NCBI GenBank assembly: GCA_017464685.1
Contig: JAFTYO010000003.1
Span: 8,137 to 72,136, forward strand
Length of the DNA stretch: 64,000 nt
Direction: 5' to 3'
Source of the DNA: Alphaproteobacteria bacterium
GTDB taxonomy: Bacteria; Pseudomonadota; Alphaproteobacteria; RF32; CAG-239
A model generated the notes under the pieces. The model saw only the letters and a program-made list of their open reading frames with translations, did not search any database and was not told the origin of the DNA. Positions 51,625-60,981 of the stretch are shown piece by piece. Numbering within the stretch: position 1 is the first letter of the stretch; the number at the start of each line of letters is the position of its first letter. The position numbers and the translations under genes were made by a program.

Positions 51625-52393
51625 TAGTATTTTTATTAATACACTTGTTGCTTCGTGTATTGCCGGAATTTTTACGGGGTTTGGCGGGCTGGCAATTTTT
51701 TTAAAAAAGAAATATTCAAAAAATGATATCAATATGATGTTAAATATTGCTGCCGGTGTGATGTTGGCGGCGGCAATATTTTCGCTTTTGGTGCCGGCGA
51801 TGGAAAAAATTATATCGGTAAACACCAATCAATATATAGGAGCGATTCATTATTGCGGAGCGGTTTTTTTGGGAGTTGCTTTGGTTTGGCTGTTAAATGA
51901 TTTATTGCCACATGAACATAATCATATGGGACATCACGGGCCGGTATTTGATATAAAAAAAGCTTGGTTGTTTATTATTGCCATTTCGCTTCATAAATTG
52001 CCTGAAGGTTTGGCTGTGGGAGTAGCATATGGAGCGCATGATATGTTAAATCCCTTAAGCTTGGTGTTAGGAATTGCCATTCATAATATACCGGAAGGCT
52101 TAATTATGGCAATAGCGCTGTATGGTGCCGGAAAATCTAAAGCAAGGGCTGTTTTTATTGCATTAATGATGGGAATGTTACAGCCGATTGGCGCATTGTT
52201 GGGGCTTTTAATAACCGGTATCGACACATATATTATTCCTGTGGCAATGGCACTTGCCGGCGGTACTTTGATGTTTGTGGTGATAAACGAAATTTTGCCC
52301 GAAACATACGGAACTAAAAAAACCGACAAGTCGGCTGCAGCCGTGTTTGGCGGTTTTATATTGATGACTTTTATCTTTATGGTTTTGCATTAA
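51608..52393 (+). CDS. zupT: ZIP-family zinc transporter
   Basis: Eight TM segments with HKLPEGLAVG and HNIPEGL motifs. Confidence 0.8.
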   Translation: MWYLSDSIFINTLVASCIAGIFTGFGGLAIFLKKKYSKNDINMMLNIAAGVMLAAAIFSLLVPAMEKIISVNTNQYIGAIHYCGAVFLGVALVWLLNDLLPHEHNHMGHHGPVFDIKKAWLFIIAISLHKLPEGLAVGVAYGAHDMLNPLSLVLGIAIHNIPEGLIMAIALYGAGKSKARAVFIALMMGMLQPIGALLGLLITGIDTYIIPVAMALAGGTLMFVVINEILPETYGTKKTDKSAAAVFGGFILMTFIFMVLH

Positions 52394-52402
52394 GAGGTAA
52401 AA

Positions 52403-54208
52403 ATGGCTGACATTAAACACGGACTTGAAGTTTTGCAAAATAATGTAAAAATTGCACCTTCAAAAGCAGGTGTTTATCGAATGATAAGCAAATCAGGTGA
52501 AGTGTTGTATGTCGGAAAAGCCAAGAACATCAAAAACAGAATTGTTGCCTATACGCATTTTGATAAACTTCCGACAAGGCTCAAAAGAATGGTCGCTCAA
52601 GTTGATACAATGGAGTTTATCATTGTTGAAAATGAGGCTAAGGCGCTTTTGATGGAAAATGAGCTGATAAAACAATTTTCGCCTCGATTTAATATATTGC
52701 TGAAAGATGATAAGTCGTTTCCACTATTAATGATAGATTTTAATGAAGATTATCCGGCTTTAAGAAAATTTCGAGGCAAAAAAAACGATAAGTGCAAATA
52801 TTTCGGGCCGTTTGCAAATGTAACTGACGTCAACCAAACCTTAGATTTTGTGCAAAAAGCTTTTATGCTTCGAACTTGTCGAAACAGTGTGTTTTATAAT
52901 CGGCAACGACCTTGTTTATTGTATCAGATAAAAAGATGTTCTGCTCCTTGTGTGGGAAAAGTATCCAGAGAGGATTATCAAAAAGCAGTTGAGGATACAA
53001 TCTGTTTTTTGGAAGGAAAAAGTACCGGTATTATTGAAGAACTAACTCAAAAAATGCAACAGGCAAGCGAAAATACCGATTATGAACAAGCCATAATTTT
53101 GCGGGATAGAATAAAAGCAATCAGTTCGGTTTTAGGTGGTTTAAATGTTGAATATGCTGATATAAAATCAGCCGATATTTTAGGGGTGGCGGAAAAAAAT
53201 GATATGTTTTGTATTGAGCTGTTCATTGTTCGAAACGGGCAAAATTGCGGAAATACGACATATTTTCCCAAACATACTCAAGATGCATTAAAAGAAGAAA
53301 TTTTGGAAGCATTTATCAGTGAGTTTTATGCCGATAATATTGTGCCTAAAGAAATTTATGTGCCGTTTATAACAGATGATATGAGTTTTTTGGAAATAGC
53401 TCTTAATACCAAAATTTTGACATTTTCAAGAGGCAATAAGGCAAAACTGATTAAAAGAGCTCAAGATAATGCGTTGGCGGCATTGGAAAGAAAAATTGCT
53501 CTAAATTCCTCAATTAAGAGCAATCTTATAGAATTACAACAGGTTTTCGGGCTGCCTGACATACCCAAACGAATCGAAATTTATGATAATTCTCACATTC
53601 AGGGCGCTTATGCAATTGGGGCAATGGTGGTGGCAAATCAGGAAGGATTTGATAAAAAATCGTATAGAACTTTTAATATTAAAAACACTGAAATTACAGG
53701 TGATGATTTTGCCATGATGAAAGAAGTTCTAAAGCGTCGTTTCGATAAGCTTAATGAACAAAATAAACCTGATGTAATTTTGCTTGACGGCGGGTTGGGG
53801 CAACTTAATGCCGTGTATGAGAGCTTAAAAGATTATGATTTGGAAGGCATTAATATCATTGCCATTTCAAAAGGTGTTGATAGAAATGCCGGAAGAGAAT
53901 TTTATCATATGAAATCAAAAGAAAGTTTTTCTCTTGAATATCGTTCGGGACTTGCCTTTTATATGCAAACTTTAAGAGATGAGGCACATCGTTTTGCCAT
54001 TGGCACGCATAGGAAAAAACGGGCAAAATCGGTTTTCAAATCAAGACTTGATGAAATTGATGGAATTGGCGCAAAAAGAAAACGAGATTTGCTCACTTAT
54101 TTCGGTTCTGCCGATGATGTTGCCGGTGCCGGAGTGGAAGATTTGCAAAAAGTGAAGGGAATAAGCAAAAAAACGGCTGAAAAAATTTATAATTACTTCC
54201 ATAAATAA
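52403..54208 (+). CDS. uvrC: excinuclease ABC subunit C
   Basis: GIY-YIG domain (GVYRMISKSGEVLYVGKAKN), UVR domain, endonuclease domain (YDNSHIQG) and C-terminal (HhH)2. Confidence 0.95.
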   Translation: MADIKHGLEVLQNNVKIAPSKAGVYRMISKSGEVLYVGKAKNIKNRIVAYTHFDKLPTRLKRMVAQVDTMEFIIVENEAKALLMENELIKQFSPRFNILLKDDKSFPLLMIDFNEDYPALRKFRGKKNDKCKYFGPFANVTDVNQTLDFVQKAFMLRTCRNSVFYNRQRPCLLYQIKRCSAPCVGKVSREDYQKAVEDTICFLEGKSTGIIEELTQKMQQASENTDYEQAIILRDRIKAISSVLGGLNVEYADIKSADILGVAEKNDMFCIELFIVRNGQNCGNTTYFPKHTQDALKEEILEAFISEFYADNIVPKEIYVPFITDDMSFLEIALNTKILTFSRGNKAKLIKRAQDNALAALERKIALNSSIKSNLIELQQVFGLPDIPKRIEIYDNSHIQGAYAIGAMVVANQEGFDKKSYRTFNIKNTEITGDDFAMMKEVLKRRFDKLNEQNKPDVILLDGGLGQLNAVYESLKDYDLEGINIIAISKGVDRNAGREFYHMKSKESFSLEYRSGLAFYMQTLRDEAHRFAIGTHRKKRAKSVFKSRLDEIDGIGAKRKRDLLTYFGSADDVAGAGVEDLQKVKGISKKTAEKIYNYFHK

Positions 54209-54267
54209 AATTTTTGTTTTAAGATAAGACCAGTTGTAAAAAATAATTAGTTTTAAGGGGATAATCA

Positions 54268-54966
54268 GTGTATAATTTGCCTAATATATTAACAATTTCC
54301 AGAATTTTAGTAATTCCGGTTATTTTTCTGTCTTTGTATATAAATTCTTTTGCGTGGACAATGTTTATCGGTGTGCTGTTCGTAACGGCTTCAATTACCG
54401 ACTATTTTGACGGCTACTTGGCAAGATGTCGCAACCAGACGTCTGCTTTCGGTCGTTTGTTAGACCCTATTGCCGACAAGCTTTTGGTTGCTTCGGCTTT
54501 GGTGGTGATTTTGGTAAAACCCGATATGGTTTTTTCAAAACTCAGCTATATTCCGGTGTTTGTAATTTTGTGTCGTGAAATTTTGGTTTCAGGCTTGAGA
54601 GAATTTTTGCGTGAAGTTAATGTCGGTTTGCCGGTTACTCGTTTGGCAAAATGGAAAACAGGTTTTCAGATGACAGCGCTTGCCATGATGCTTTTTCACG
54701 GTTTGTGGATATGGCATTATATCGGTGAATTGTTGTTGTGGGTTGCCGGTGTTTTAACCTTTATTACCGGATATCAATATTTTCAAAAGAGTGTTGATTA
54801 TGTAAAATCTTTGGAAAAAGCCAAAACGGTTGAGGCAAAAATTGTTGTAAAAAAAACTGCGACCAAAAAAGTTGCTCAAAAGAAAACAACCGCTAAAAAA
54901 ACCGTTGCAAAAAAAACTACGACAACAACAAAAAAAGCAACCAAAAAATCGGCTAAAAAGCAATAA
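54268..54966 (+). CDS. pgsA: CDP-diacylglycerol--glycerol-3-phosphate 3-phosphatidyltransferase with a Lys/Thr/Ala-rich C-terminal tail
   Basis: CDP-alcohol phosphatidyltransferase motif DYFDGYLARCRNQTSAFGRLLDPIADK. The ~45-aa tail is KKTATKKVAQKKTTAKKTVAKKTTTTTKKATKKSAKKQ. Confidence 0.85.
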   Translation: MYNLPNILTISRILVIPVIFLSLYINSFAWTMFIGVLFVTASITDYFDGYLARCRNQTSAFGRLLDPIADKLLVASALVVILVKPDMVFSKLSYIPVFVILCREILVSGLREFLREVNVGLPVTRLAKWKTGFQMTALAMMLFHGLWIWHYIGELLLWVAGVLTFITGYQYFQKSVDYVKSLEKAKTVEAKIVVKKTATKKVAQKKTTAKKTVAKKTTTTTKKATKKSAKKQ

Positions 54967-55655
54967 TGGAAAAAGAAACTCAACATATTTTGGTCGTTGA
55001 TGATGATACCAGACTGCGAAGCCTGTTGAAACGCTTTTTGCGAGAACAGGGATTTGCGGTTTCTGATGCTCAAGATGCTAATCAGGCTTTGGAGTTTTTA
55101 AATCAGTATAAGTTTGATTTGTTGATTGTTGATGTTATGATGCCCAAAATCAGCGGAATTGAGTTTTTGAAAGAATTGCGTTTAGAAAATAATGTGCCGG
55201 TAATTATGCTAACTGCCATGGGTGAAACAGCTGACCGAATCGTGGGTTTAGAATCGGGGGCTGATGATTATATTGCCAAGCCGTTTGAGCCTTTGGAACT
55301 GGTTTTAAGAATAAAAAACATTCTAAAGCGAGCACCAATAGAAAAAAATGACAATCAGGCACCGCTTAATTTGGGTTTGTGTCTTTATGATGTCATAAAA
55401 AAAGAGCTTACCACCAAGCAAGGGGTGATTATACACATTACACCGGTTGAGCAAATGCTCTTAAATATTTTAAGTCAGAAAGTGGGGCAGATTTTTACTC
55501 GTGAAAAATTAGCCGATATTTTAGGCTCGGGACAAAGTCCTCGTTCGATAGATGTGCAAATTACACGACTTAGAAAAAAAATTGAGAAAGATTCAAAAAA
55601 TCCGAGATATTTACAAACAATTCGAGGCAAAGGCTATATGCTTTTGCCCGAATAA
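54966..55655 (+). CDS. ompR: OmpR-family response regulator
   Basis: ILVVDDDTRLRSLLKRFLREQGF is close to E. coli OmpR. Contains DVMMP, GADDYIAKPF and a winged-helix C-terminus (IRGKGYML). TAATG overlap with pgsA. Confidence 0.8.
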   Translation: MEKETQHILVVDDDTRLRSLLKRFLREQGFAVSDAQDANQALEFLNQYKFDLLIVDVMMPKISGIEFLKELRLENNVPVIMLTAMGETADRIVGLESGADDYIAKPFEPLELVLRIKNILKRAPIEKNDNQAPLNLGLCLYDVIKKELTTKQGVIIHITPVEQMLLNILSQKVGQIFTREKLADILGSGQSPRSIDVQITRLRKKIEKDSKNPRYLQTIRGKGYMLLPE

Positions 55656-55672
55656 AAACTTAGGAGAAAAAT

Positions 55673-57028
55673 ATGCATATTAAATTTCCCAAAAAAATGG
55701 AAGGAACAATGCGCTATTTGAAGCTCAAACTTCTTCCGAAAACACTTTTTTTCAGAACAATGCTCTTGATTATCATTCCCTTAATTGTGGTACAAATTGT
55801 TTCTGTAGTGGCATATTTTAGCGGCAGTTGGGGTAAAGTCGGTAAAAGATTGTCTGATAACTTGAGTGCAAATATGGCTTTTGTGGTTAATCTATCAGAA
55901 CAAAATTTTGATGAGTTTGAAAACATTAAGGCCTTAACCAAAAAACTTTATAATTTAGATGTTGAGTTTTATGATAACGATATTAAATATTCGGAGATGT
56001 ATAAAACATCACAGAATAATGATATGGTTACCGGATTTTTTGAAGAAGCATTGAAAAGTGATTTTCCGAATGCAAAAACAAACCTTTATTTAACCGAAAA
56101 ATCGTCAACTTTGATAGCACTTATTGATACAAAAGACGGGTTGTTTAAGTTTACAACATCGACTAAAAACATTTTCTCATCATCATTGTTCGGTTTTATT
56201 GCGTGGATGGTCGGAACTTCTTTGTTGTTGTTTATTGTTTCATCACTGTTTTTAAGAACTCAAGCTCGCTCAATTAAAGAATTGGCAGAAGCTGCGGAAG
56301 ATTTCGGTAAGGGAATCGACACTCCGTTTAAGCCGTACGGCTCATCGGAAGTCAGAAAAGCCGGAATTGCTTTTACAAAGATGAAAGAAAGAATTAATCG
56401 TCAAATTTCGGAACGCACACAAATGCTTGCCGGTGTTTCGCACGATTTGAGAACACCTTTAACTCGTATGAAGTTACAGTTGGCAATGTTGCCTAAAAAT
56501 GAAGATAATCAGGAGTTTGTTGAAGATATTACCGAAATGGAAAAAATGCTTGACGGCTATCTGGCATTTGTCAGCGGTGAGGGTGGTGAAACTAACACTT
56601 TTGTTGATATGAACGAAATGATACTCAGCATATTAAACAAATTCCGCAATTCCAAAACCATGATAAGATACACCACCAATGACCAAGTAAGTGCAATTCA
56701 GGGTCGTGAACAGGCCTTAAAAAGGGCGGTTACCAATATTATATCCAATGCATTTTATTACGGGAAAACCGTTGCAGTGGGTTTGGAAAGTAATAACAGC
56801 AAAATGGAAATCAGGGTTGATGATGATGGGCCGGGAATTCCTGAAGATAAAAGAGAAGAAGTGTTTAAGGCTTTTTACCGCATTGAAGGCTCTCGTAACA
56901 AAGAAACCGGCGGTGTCGGTTTGGGGTTGTCAATTGCCAGAGATATCATTGTTTCACACGGCGGAACAATTGAGCTTGGCATCAGCGATATGGGAGGCTT
57001 GAGGGTACTCATTCATATTCCCTTATAA
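55673..57028 (+). CDS. envZ: EnvZ-like sensor histidine kinase
   Basis: Two TM segments and a HAMP region. H-box LAGVSHDLRTPLTRMKLQL, N-box NAFYYG, and G-boxes DDDGPGIP and GGVGLGLSI. Confidence 0.8.
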   Translation: MHIKFPKKMEGTMRYLKLKLLPKTLFFRTMLLIIIPLIVVQIVSVVAYFSGSWGKVGKRLSDNLSANMAFVVNLSEQNFDEFENIKALTKKLYNLDVEFYDNDIKYSEMYKTSQNNDMVTGFFEEALKSDFPNAKTNLYLTEKSSTLIALIDTKDGLFKFTTSTKNIFSSSLFGFIAWMVGTSLLLFIVSSLFLRTQARSIKELAEAAEDFGKGIDTPFKPYGSSEVRKAGIAFTKMKERINRQISERTQMLAGVSHDLRTPLTRMKLQLAMLPKNEDNQEFVEDITEMEKMLDGYLAFVSGEGGETNTFVDMNEMILSILNKFRNSKTMIRYTTNDQVSAIQGREQALKRAVTNIISNAFYYGKTVAVGLESNNSKMEIRVDDDGPGIPEDKREEVFKAFYRIEGSRNKETGGVGLGLSIARDIIVSHGGTIELGISDMGGLRVLIHIPL

Positions 57029-57056
57029 ATCGCATATCAGAAAATATGTGTTCAAA

Positions 57057-57081
57057 TAAGGCGGCCTTTAGCCGCCTTATT
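57057..57081. terminator. hairpin between convergent envZ-like gene and truncated family copy
   Basis: TAAGGCGGC-CTTTA-GCCGCCTTA, a perfect 9-bp stem. Confidence 0.6.
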
Positions 57082-57091
57082 GGGTAATTAT

Positions 57092-57253
57092 TTAATAAGT
57101 TGTATATACGCTACCGGTATAACTGCCTGTAGGTATATTTTGGTATGTTGCAGGAATAACTAAATCGCCACCAATATTAATTTTATTTTCTTCACTATAT
57201 GTTTTTAAATTGTTAATATGAAGTTCAACAGTAAGAAGAAAATATTTTCTCAT
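57092..57253 (-). pseudogene. family copy 5: internally deleted remnant (53 codons)
   Basis: MRKYFLLT is joined directly to VELHINNLKTY...PTGSYTGSVYTTY*. The signal-peptide core and most of the mature domain are missing. The promoter cassette is intact. Confidence 0.6.
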
Positions 57254-57392
57254 AATTTTATCCTTTATATAAAAATTAAGTTTAAGTACCTTTGAAAGGT
57301 GCAAAAATCCACCTTTCAAGACGCATCATAAACCGTTTTTTTTTTTTGCAAGTAAAAAGAGTCTGTTTGTAGATTTAAATCAAAAATGATGT
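57254..57392 (-). promoter_or_regulatory. family promoter/5'UTR cassette, copy 5 (T12 tract 57336-57347; type-B UTR hairpin)
   Basis: The reverse complement reads CATTTTTGATTTAAAT..GACTCTTTTTACTTGC-A12-CGGTTTATGATGCGTCTTGAAAGGTG..CACCTTTCAA..AGGA..ATG. Confidence 0.6.
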
Positions 57393-57505
57393 GGCGGTGT
57401 GGCCTCCAACACCATCATACCGGTGCCCGAACTTTAGTTCGGAATAGATACCGGCGTCTAATCTTCGCTAGCGCTCAGGCGCAGAAATGACGATATTGAG
57501 AGAAA
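57393..57505 (+). repeat. structured repeat element B
   Basis: GGCCTCC..CATACCGGTGCCCGAACTTTAGTTCGGAATAGATACCGG aligns with element A. The inner hairpin CCGAAC-TTTA-GTTCGG (57427-57442) differs from A by two compensatory pairs. Confidence 0.55.
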
Positions 57506-57606
57506 CACCTCAAAGATGACTAAATATCCACAAAGAAGACTCGCATAAATTGCAAAAAAAAAAACGGTTTATGATGAGCTCAAAATATATTATAGGAGTT
57601 AGTTTG
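57506..57606 (+). promoter_or_regulatory. diverged family-type promoter module driving pilin-like gene 2 (A11 tract 57554-57564)
   Basis: CACCTCAAAGATGACTAAAT..AAGACTCGCATAAATTGC-A11-CGGTTTATGATG parallels the family cassette. AGGAG precedes the ATG at 57607. Confidence 0.5.
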
Positions 57607-58239
57607 ATGAGAAAAATTTGTGAACTTGGCAGAAGTATGGTGGAGATGTTAGGTGTTCTTGCAATTATTGGTGTTCTTTCCGTCGGTGGTATCACAGGTT
57701 ACTCAAAAGCGATGATGAAATATAAACTCAACAAGCATGCTCAGCAATTAAGTCAATTATTAAACACTTTATACAGATATAAAAACAGTTGGGGTGAAAA
57801 TCCTCCCCCAATGGAACTTGGGGGATATTTTATTACAATGGGAGAAATTCCTGAAGAAATGATTATAGATGGCTCAAACGTTCTTCAAGATTCATTTGAT
57901 AACCGAATACATATGCAAACAAATGGATGTTCCAATAATGGATGTACTGATGTAATCTTAAGATATACTGTTGGTGAAAATAATGATATAGAACTCTGCC
58001 AAAACATATTTACAGTAGCAAAAAGTTTTCATCAAAATTTGTATGTTGCCGGAGCTTATAAAACAACACAAGATAATTCAATAGAACAATATGATAATGA
58101 CAGATTTTATGGTGATAAATATTGTGATGGAAAAAATTGTCTTAGAAATCTAACTCTGGACGATATATACAATAAATGTCAATACTTGGCAGATAGAGTC
58201 TCAGGAAGCTACTATTTCCTATTTAATCTAAACGACTAA
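57607..58239 (+). CDS. type IV pilin / pseudopilin-like protein 2
   Basis: MRKICELGRSMVEMLGVLAIIGVLSVGGITGYSKAM is nearly identical at protein level to the N-terminus of the gene at 32301-32843. The C-terminal domain is unrelated and Cys-containing. Confidence 0.7.
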   Translation: MRKICELGRSMVEMLGVLAIIGVLSVGGITGYSKAMMKYKLNKHAQQLSQLLNTLYRYKNSWGENPPPMELGGYFITMGEIPEEMIIDGSNVLQDSFDNRIHMQTNGCSNNGCTDVILRYTVGENNDIELCQNIFTVAKSFHQNLYVAGAYKTTQDNSIEQYDNDRFYGDKYCDGKNCLRNLTLDDIYNKCQYLADRVSGSYYFLFNLND

Positions 58240-58269
58240 GGACAAATATTATTTTTTTGTAAAATTGAC

Positions 58270-58758
58270 TTACTGCAATATCCCGCTTATCGGAAACAGA
58301 GCTTGTTGAGGTGTAATATGTTGTGTTATCACCGCATTAAACACCGGATACATATGCTCACATTCATTGACGGCAATTTCAATTATCTGATTGAGCTTTT
58401 CTTCAAAGCTTTCTTCTTGTGCTTGCAAGATGATTGAGTGTTTGAAAATCGGCATTTTGTGTTCGCTCCAATATGAAAAATGTCCGAGCCACAAATTTTC
58501 ATTCACCATTGCCAACAACTCAAACACTTTACTTAAATCCGAAATGTCAACATTAATATTCATCAAACAGGAAAAATGCAAACATTTAAGGTGTTCTTCC
58601 CAAGCAAAAAACAACAACATATTATTCCATTTGCCTTCAATTTCAACTACAACTTCATTGATGTTTCTGCGTTCAAATTCGGCCGATTTTTTGGCAAAAA
58701 TCAACTCAAGCGAATCTATCGGATTATAATATGTCTCAAAATTTGAGGCCGGTAACAT
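58270..58758 (-). CDS. YbjN-domain (putative sensory transduction/chaperone-like) protein
   Basis: 162-aa acidic protein. The F..W.......F layout (NMLLFFAWEEHLKCLHFSC...) is as remembered for alphaproteobacterial YbjN-family proteins. Tentative. Confidence 0.4.
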   Translation of the reverse strand: MLPASNFETYYNPIDSLELIFAKKSAEFERRNINEVVVEIEGKWNNMLLFFAWEEHLKCLHFSCLMNINVDISDLSKVFELLAMVNENLWLGHFSYWSEHKMPIFKHSIILQAQEESFEEKLNQIIEIAVNECEHMYPVFNAVITQHITPQQALFPISGILQ

Positions 58759-58997
58759 TTTTTTAGCACCTTAAATAAAAAACAACTGTTGTTACAATAG
58801 CCTTGTCGAGTCATTTTTAACAACAAAGTTTAAAAAGTTTTCCACTAAATATATTTTTTCACAAAAATATATTTAAAAAAATAAACAAAATCAACACACT
58901 AGTAAACAACAAAAAAAAGTTTTAATTTTATGTGTGGATTATCTGATTTTTTTAATATAGTTTTAAGTAATTGTTCAATCTTAAAAAGGTAAAGAAA

Positions 58998-59795
58998 ATG
59001 ACAGGATTATCATATCCGGATATTTCACCGATTATATTTTCTATTGGTCCTCTTGCCATCAGATGGTATTCCATGGCCTACTTATTGGGTATTATCGCTG
59101 CTTGGTTTTTAATATCAAAAGATATAAAAAAATATGATATCTGTCTAAGCAAAGCAAATTTAGAAGACATTGTTTTTTATGTAACTTTAGGCATTGTGTT
59201 GGGTGGACGTATCGGATATGTGTTGTTTTACGGTTTTGACACTTTTTATAACAATCCTCTCGAAATTTTTGCTATTTGGCATGGTGGTATGTCGTTTCAT
59301 GGGGGCATAATCGGGGTTATAATCGCCATTTATTTGGTTTCAAAAAAAATTAAATATCCTTTTTTGGGTATAACAGATTTGGCTGCACTTTATACTCCTA
59401 TCGGCATTTTTTGCGGCCGGTTAGCCAATTTTGCCAATGATGAATTATGGGGACGTATAACCGATGTTCCTTGGGCTGTAAAATTTCCCTCAGGCGGATA
59501 CTTACCGAGACATCCATCACAAATTTATGAGGCTTTGACCGAAGGTTTATTGTTGTTAATAATTTTAAACCTTCTATGGCAAAATTTATGGATTCGCAAA
59601 CATACCGGATTTGTTTCGGGAATGTTCTTAATTTTATACGGCATATTCAGAATGTTTATAGAACAATTCAGACAACCGGACAATCATTTGGGCTTTGTGT
59701 TTTTAAATTTCACTATGGGACAAATGCTTTCTGTTCCGTTTATAGTTATCGGAATTTTGGTTATCTGTGTCTCGCTAAAAAAATTTAAGCCTTAG
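58998..59795 (+). CDS. lgt: prolipoprotein diacylglyceryl transferase
   Basis: IRWYSMAYLLG, GGRIGYVLFY, GGMSFHGG and HPSQIYEA motifs. Confidence 0.9.
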   Translation: MTGLSYPDISPIIFSIGPLAIRWYSMAYLLGIIAAWFLISKDIKKYDICLSKANLEDIVFYVTLGIVLGGRIGYVLFYGFDTFYNNPLEIFAIWHGGMSFHGGIIGVIIAIYLVSKKIKYPFLGITDLAALYTPIGIFCGRLANFANDELWGRITDVPWAVKFPSGGYLPRHPSQIYEALTEGLLLLIILNLLWQNLWIRKHTGFVSGMFLILYGIFRMFIEQFRQPDNHLGFVFLNFTMGQMLSVPFIVIGILVICVSLKKFKP

Positions 59796-60930
59796 AAGTC
59801 ATATTCTGTGTAAATTTATAAGTTCGTTGAACCGCCTCACGTGTACGCATCAAAACCGTATCTGCATCGGCATCACTACGTTTTTTTTCTGACACACCTG
59901 CAGAAACCGTAATTTTTACTATCCTTTTTGAATTGAGTACAAATTCTGATCCGGCAATTGAGCGCCTGATTTCTTCTAAATATTCAAAACATTGTTTCTT
60001 GTCTTCATTTTTAAAAATTAAAATAAATTCATCTTCACTATATCTATAAATTTCGGCTCCGTACGATGTGCTTAAAATTATCTTCATTATCAATTTCACT
60101 AATATATTTACTTGATTCTCACCAAAAATTTTCAATAACTTTTCATAATCATCAATGCATATAATCCCTAAACTATATTTTAGCGGAAAATTTTTTGAGT
60201 GTCTCAAATACGATTTTGAACTATATACCCCTGTCAATAAATCTCTAAAATACCGATAAATATCAAGATAAACCATCGACACAAATAAAATTAAAACAGC
60301 AAACGAAAAATATAAGCTCAAGCCAAATGCCGATTCGCTATTAAAAAAGCCCAATCCTGCGCATAAAAAAGAAAAAAACGTACCATAATTTTTTATATTC
60401 GGATATATACTGACATAAACAATATATACCAAAATACTAACCATCCAACACAATATAACTCCGATATCAAAACCTGTTCCAAAATTTTCAACAAAAAATA
60501 CATTTGCATTTTCTACTAAACAAGCTTGAAACAACAAAAAACATAAAAAATAAAAATCATATTGTTTTGATACTTTAAAAAAGTCCATAACAACATAGAC
60601 TAACCAGTTACACAATATTGTAACACCTATAAGTTGATATTGAACGGTTTTATCAAAAGCTATTGCATATTTTTGCTTTAAAACATTAAGTCCGATATAA
60701 CAAAAAACTAAAAACAATGATAAAATTCCATCTCTGCTTCTTTTACAAAAAAATATATAAAACATCCAAATAACAAACAAAATATAAAACAGTGTATGAA
60801 AAAAAGCCGATTGCATATCAGCAGAAATTGCCTTATCACAATAAAAAAATGTGCAAAATGCAAATAAACATGCCGGCAAAAAAATATCAACCGTTGTAGA
60901 AAACACTTTTTTTGCCAACTTTAAAATCAA
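59785..60930 (-). CDS. multi-pass membrane protein with a degenerate C-terminal GGDEF domain
   Basis: About 8 TM segments followed by a GGDEF-fold region. The signature reads RYSEDEF instead of RYGGDEF, and the GH..GD metal/substrate motif reads GENQVN. Confidence 0.6.
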   Translation of the reverse strand: MILKLAKKVFSTTVDIFLPACLFAFCTFFYCDKAISADMQSAFFHTLFYILFVIWMFYIFFCKRSRDGILSLFLVFCYIGLNVLKQKYAIAFDKTVQYQLIGVTILCNWLVYVVMDFFKVSKQYDFYFLCFLLFQACLVENANVFFVENFGTGFDIGVILCWMVSILVYIVYVSIYPNIKNYGTFFSFLCAGLGFFNSESAFGLSLYFSFAVLILFVSMVYLDIYRYFRDLLTGVYSSKSYLRHSKNFPLKYSLGIICIDDYEKLLKIFGENQVNILVKLIMKIILSTSYGAEIYRYSEDEFILIFKNEDKKQCFEYLEEIRRSIAGSEFVLNSKRIVKITVSAGVSEKKRSDADADTVLMRTREAVQRTYKFTQNMTSKA

Positions 60931-60981
60931 TTTTATTCTCCGTTCAATTTTTTATCAAACATAATATTAAAGTATGATAGT

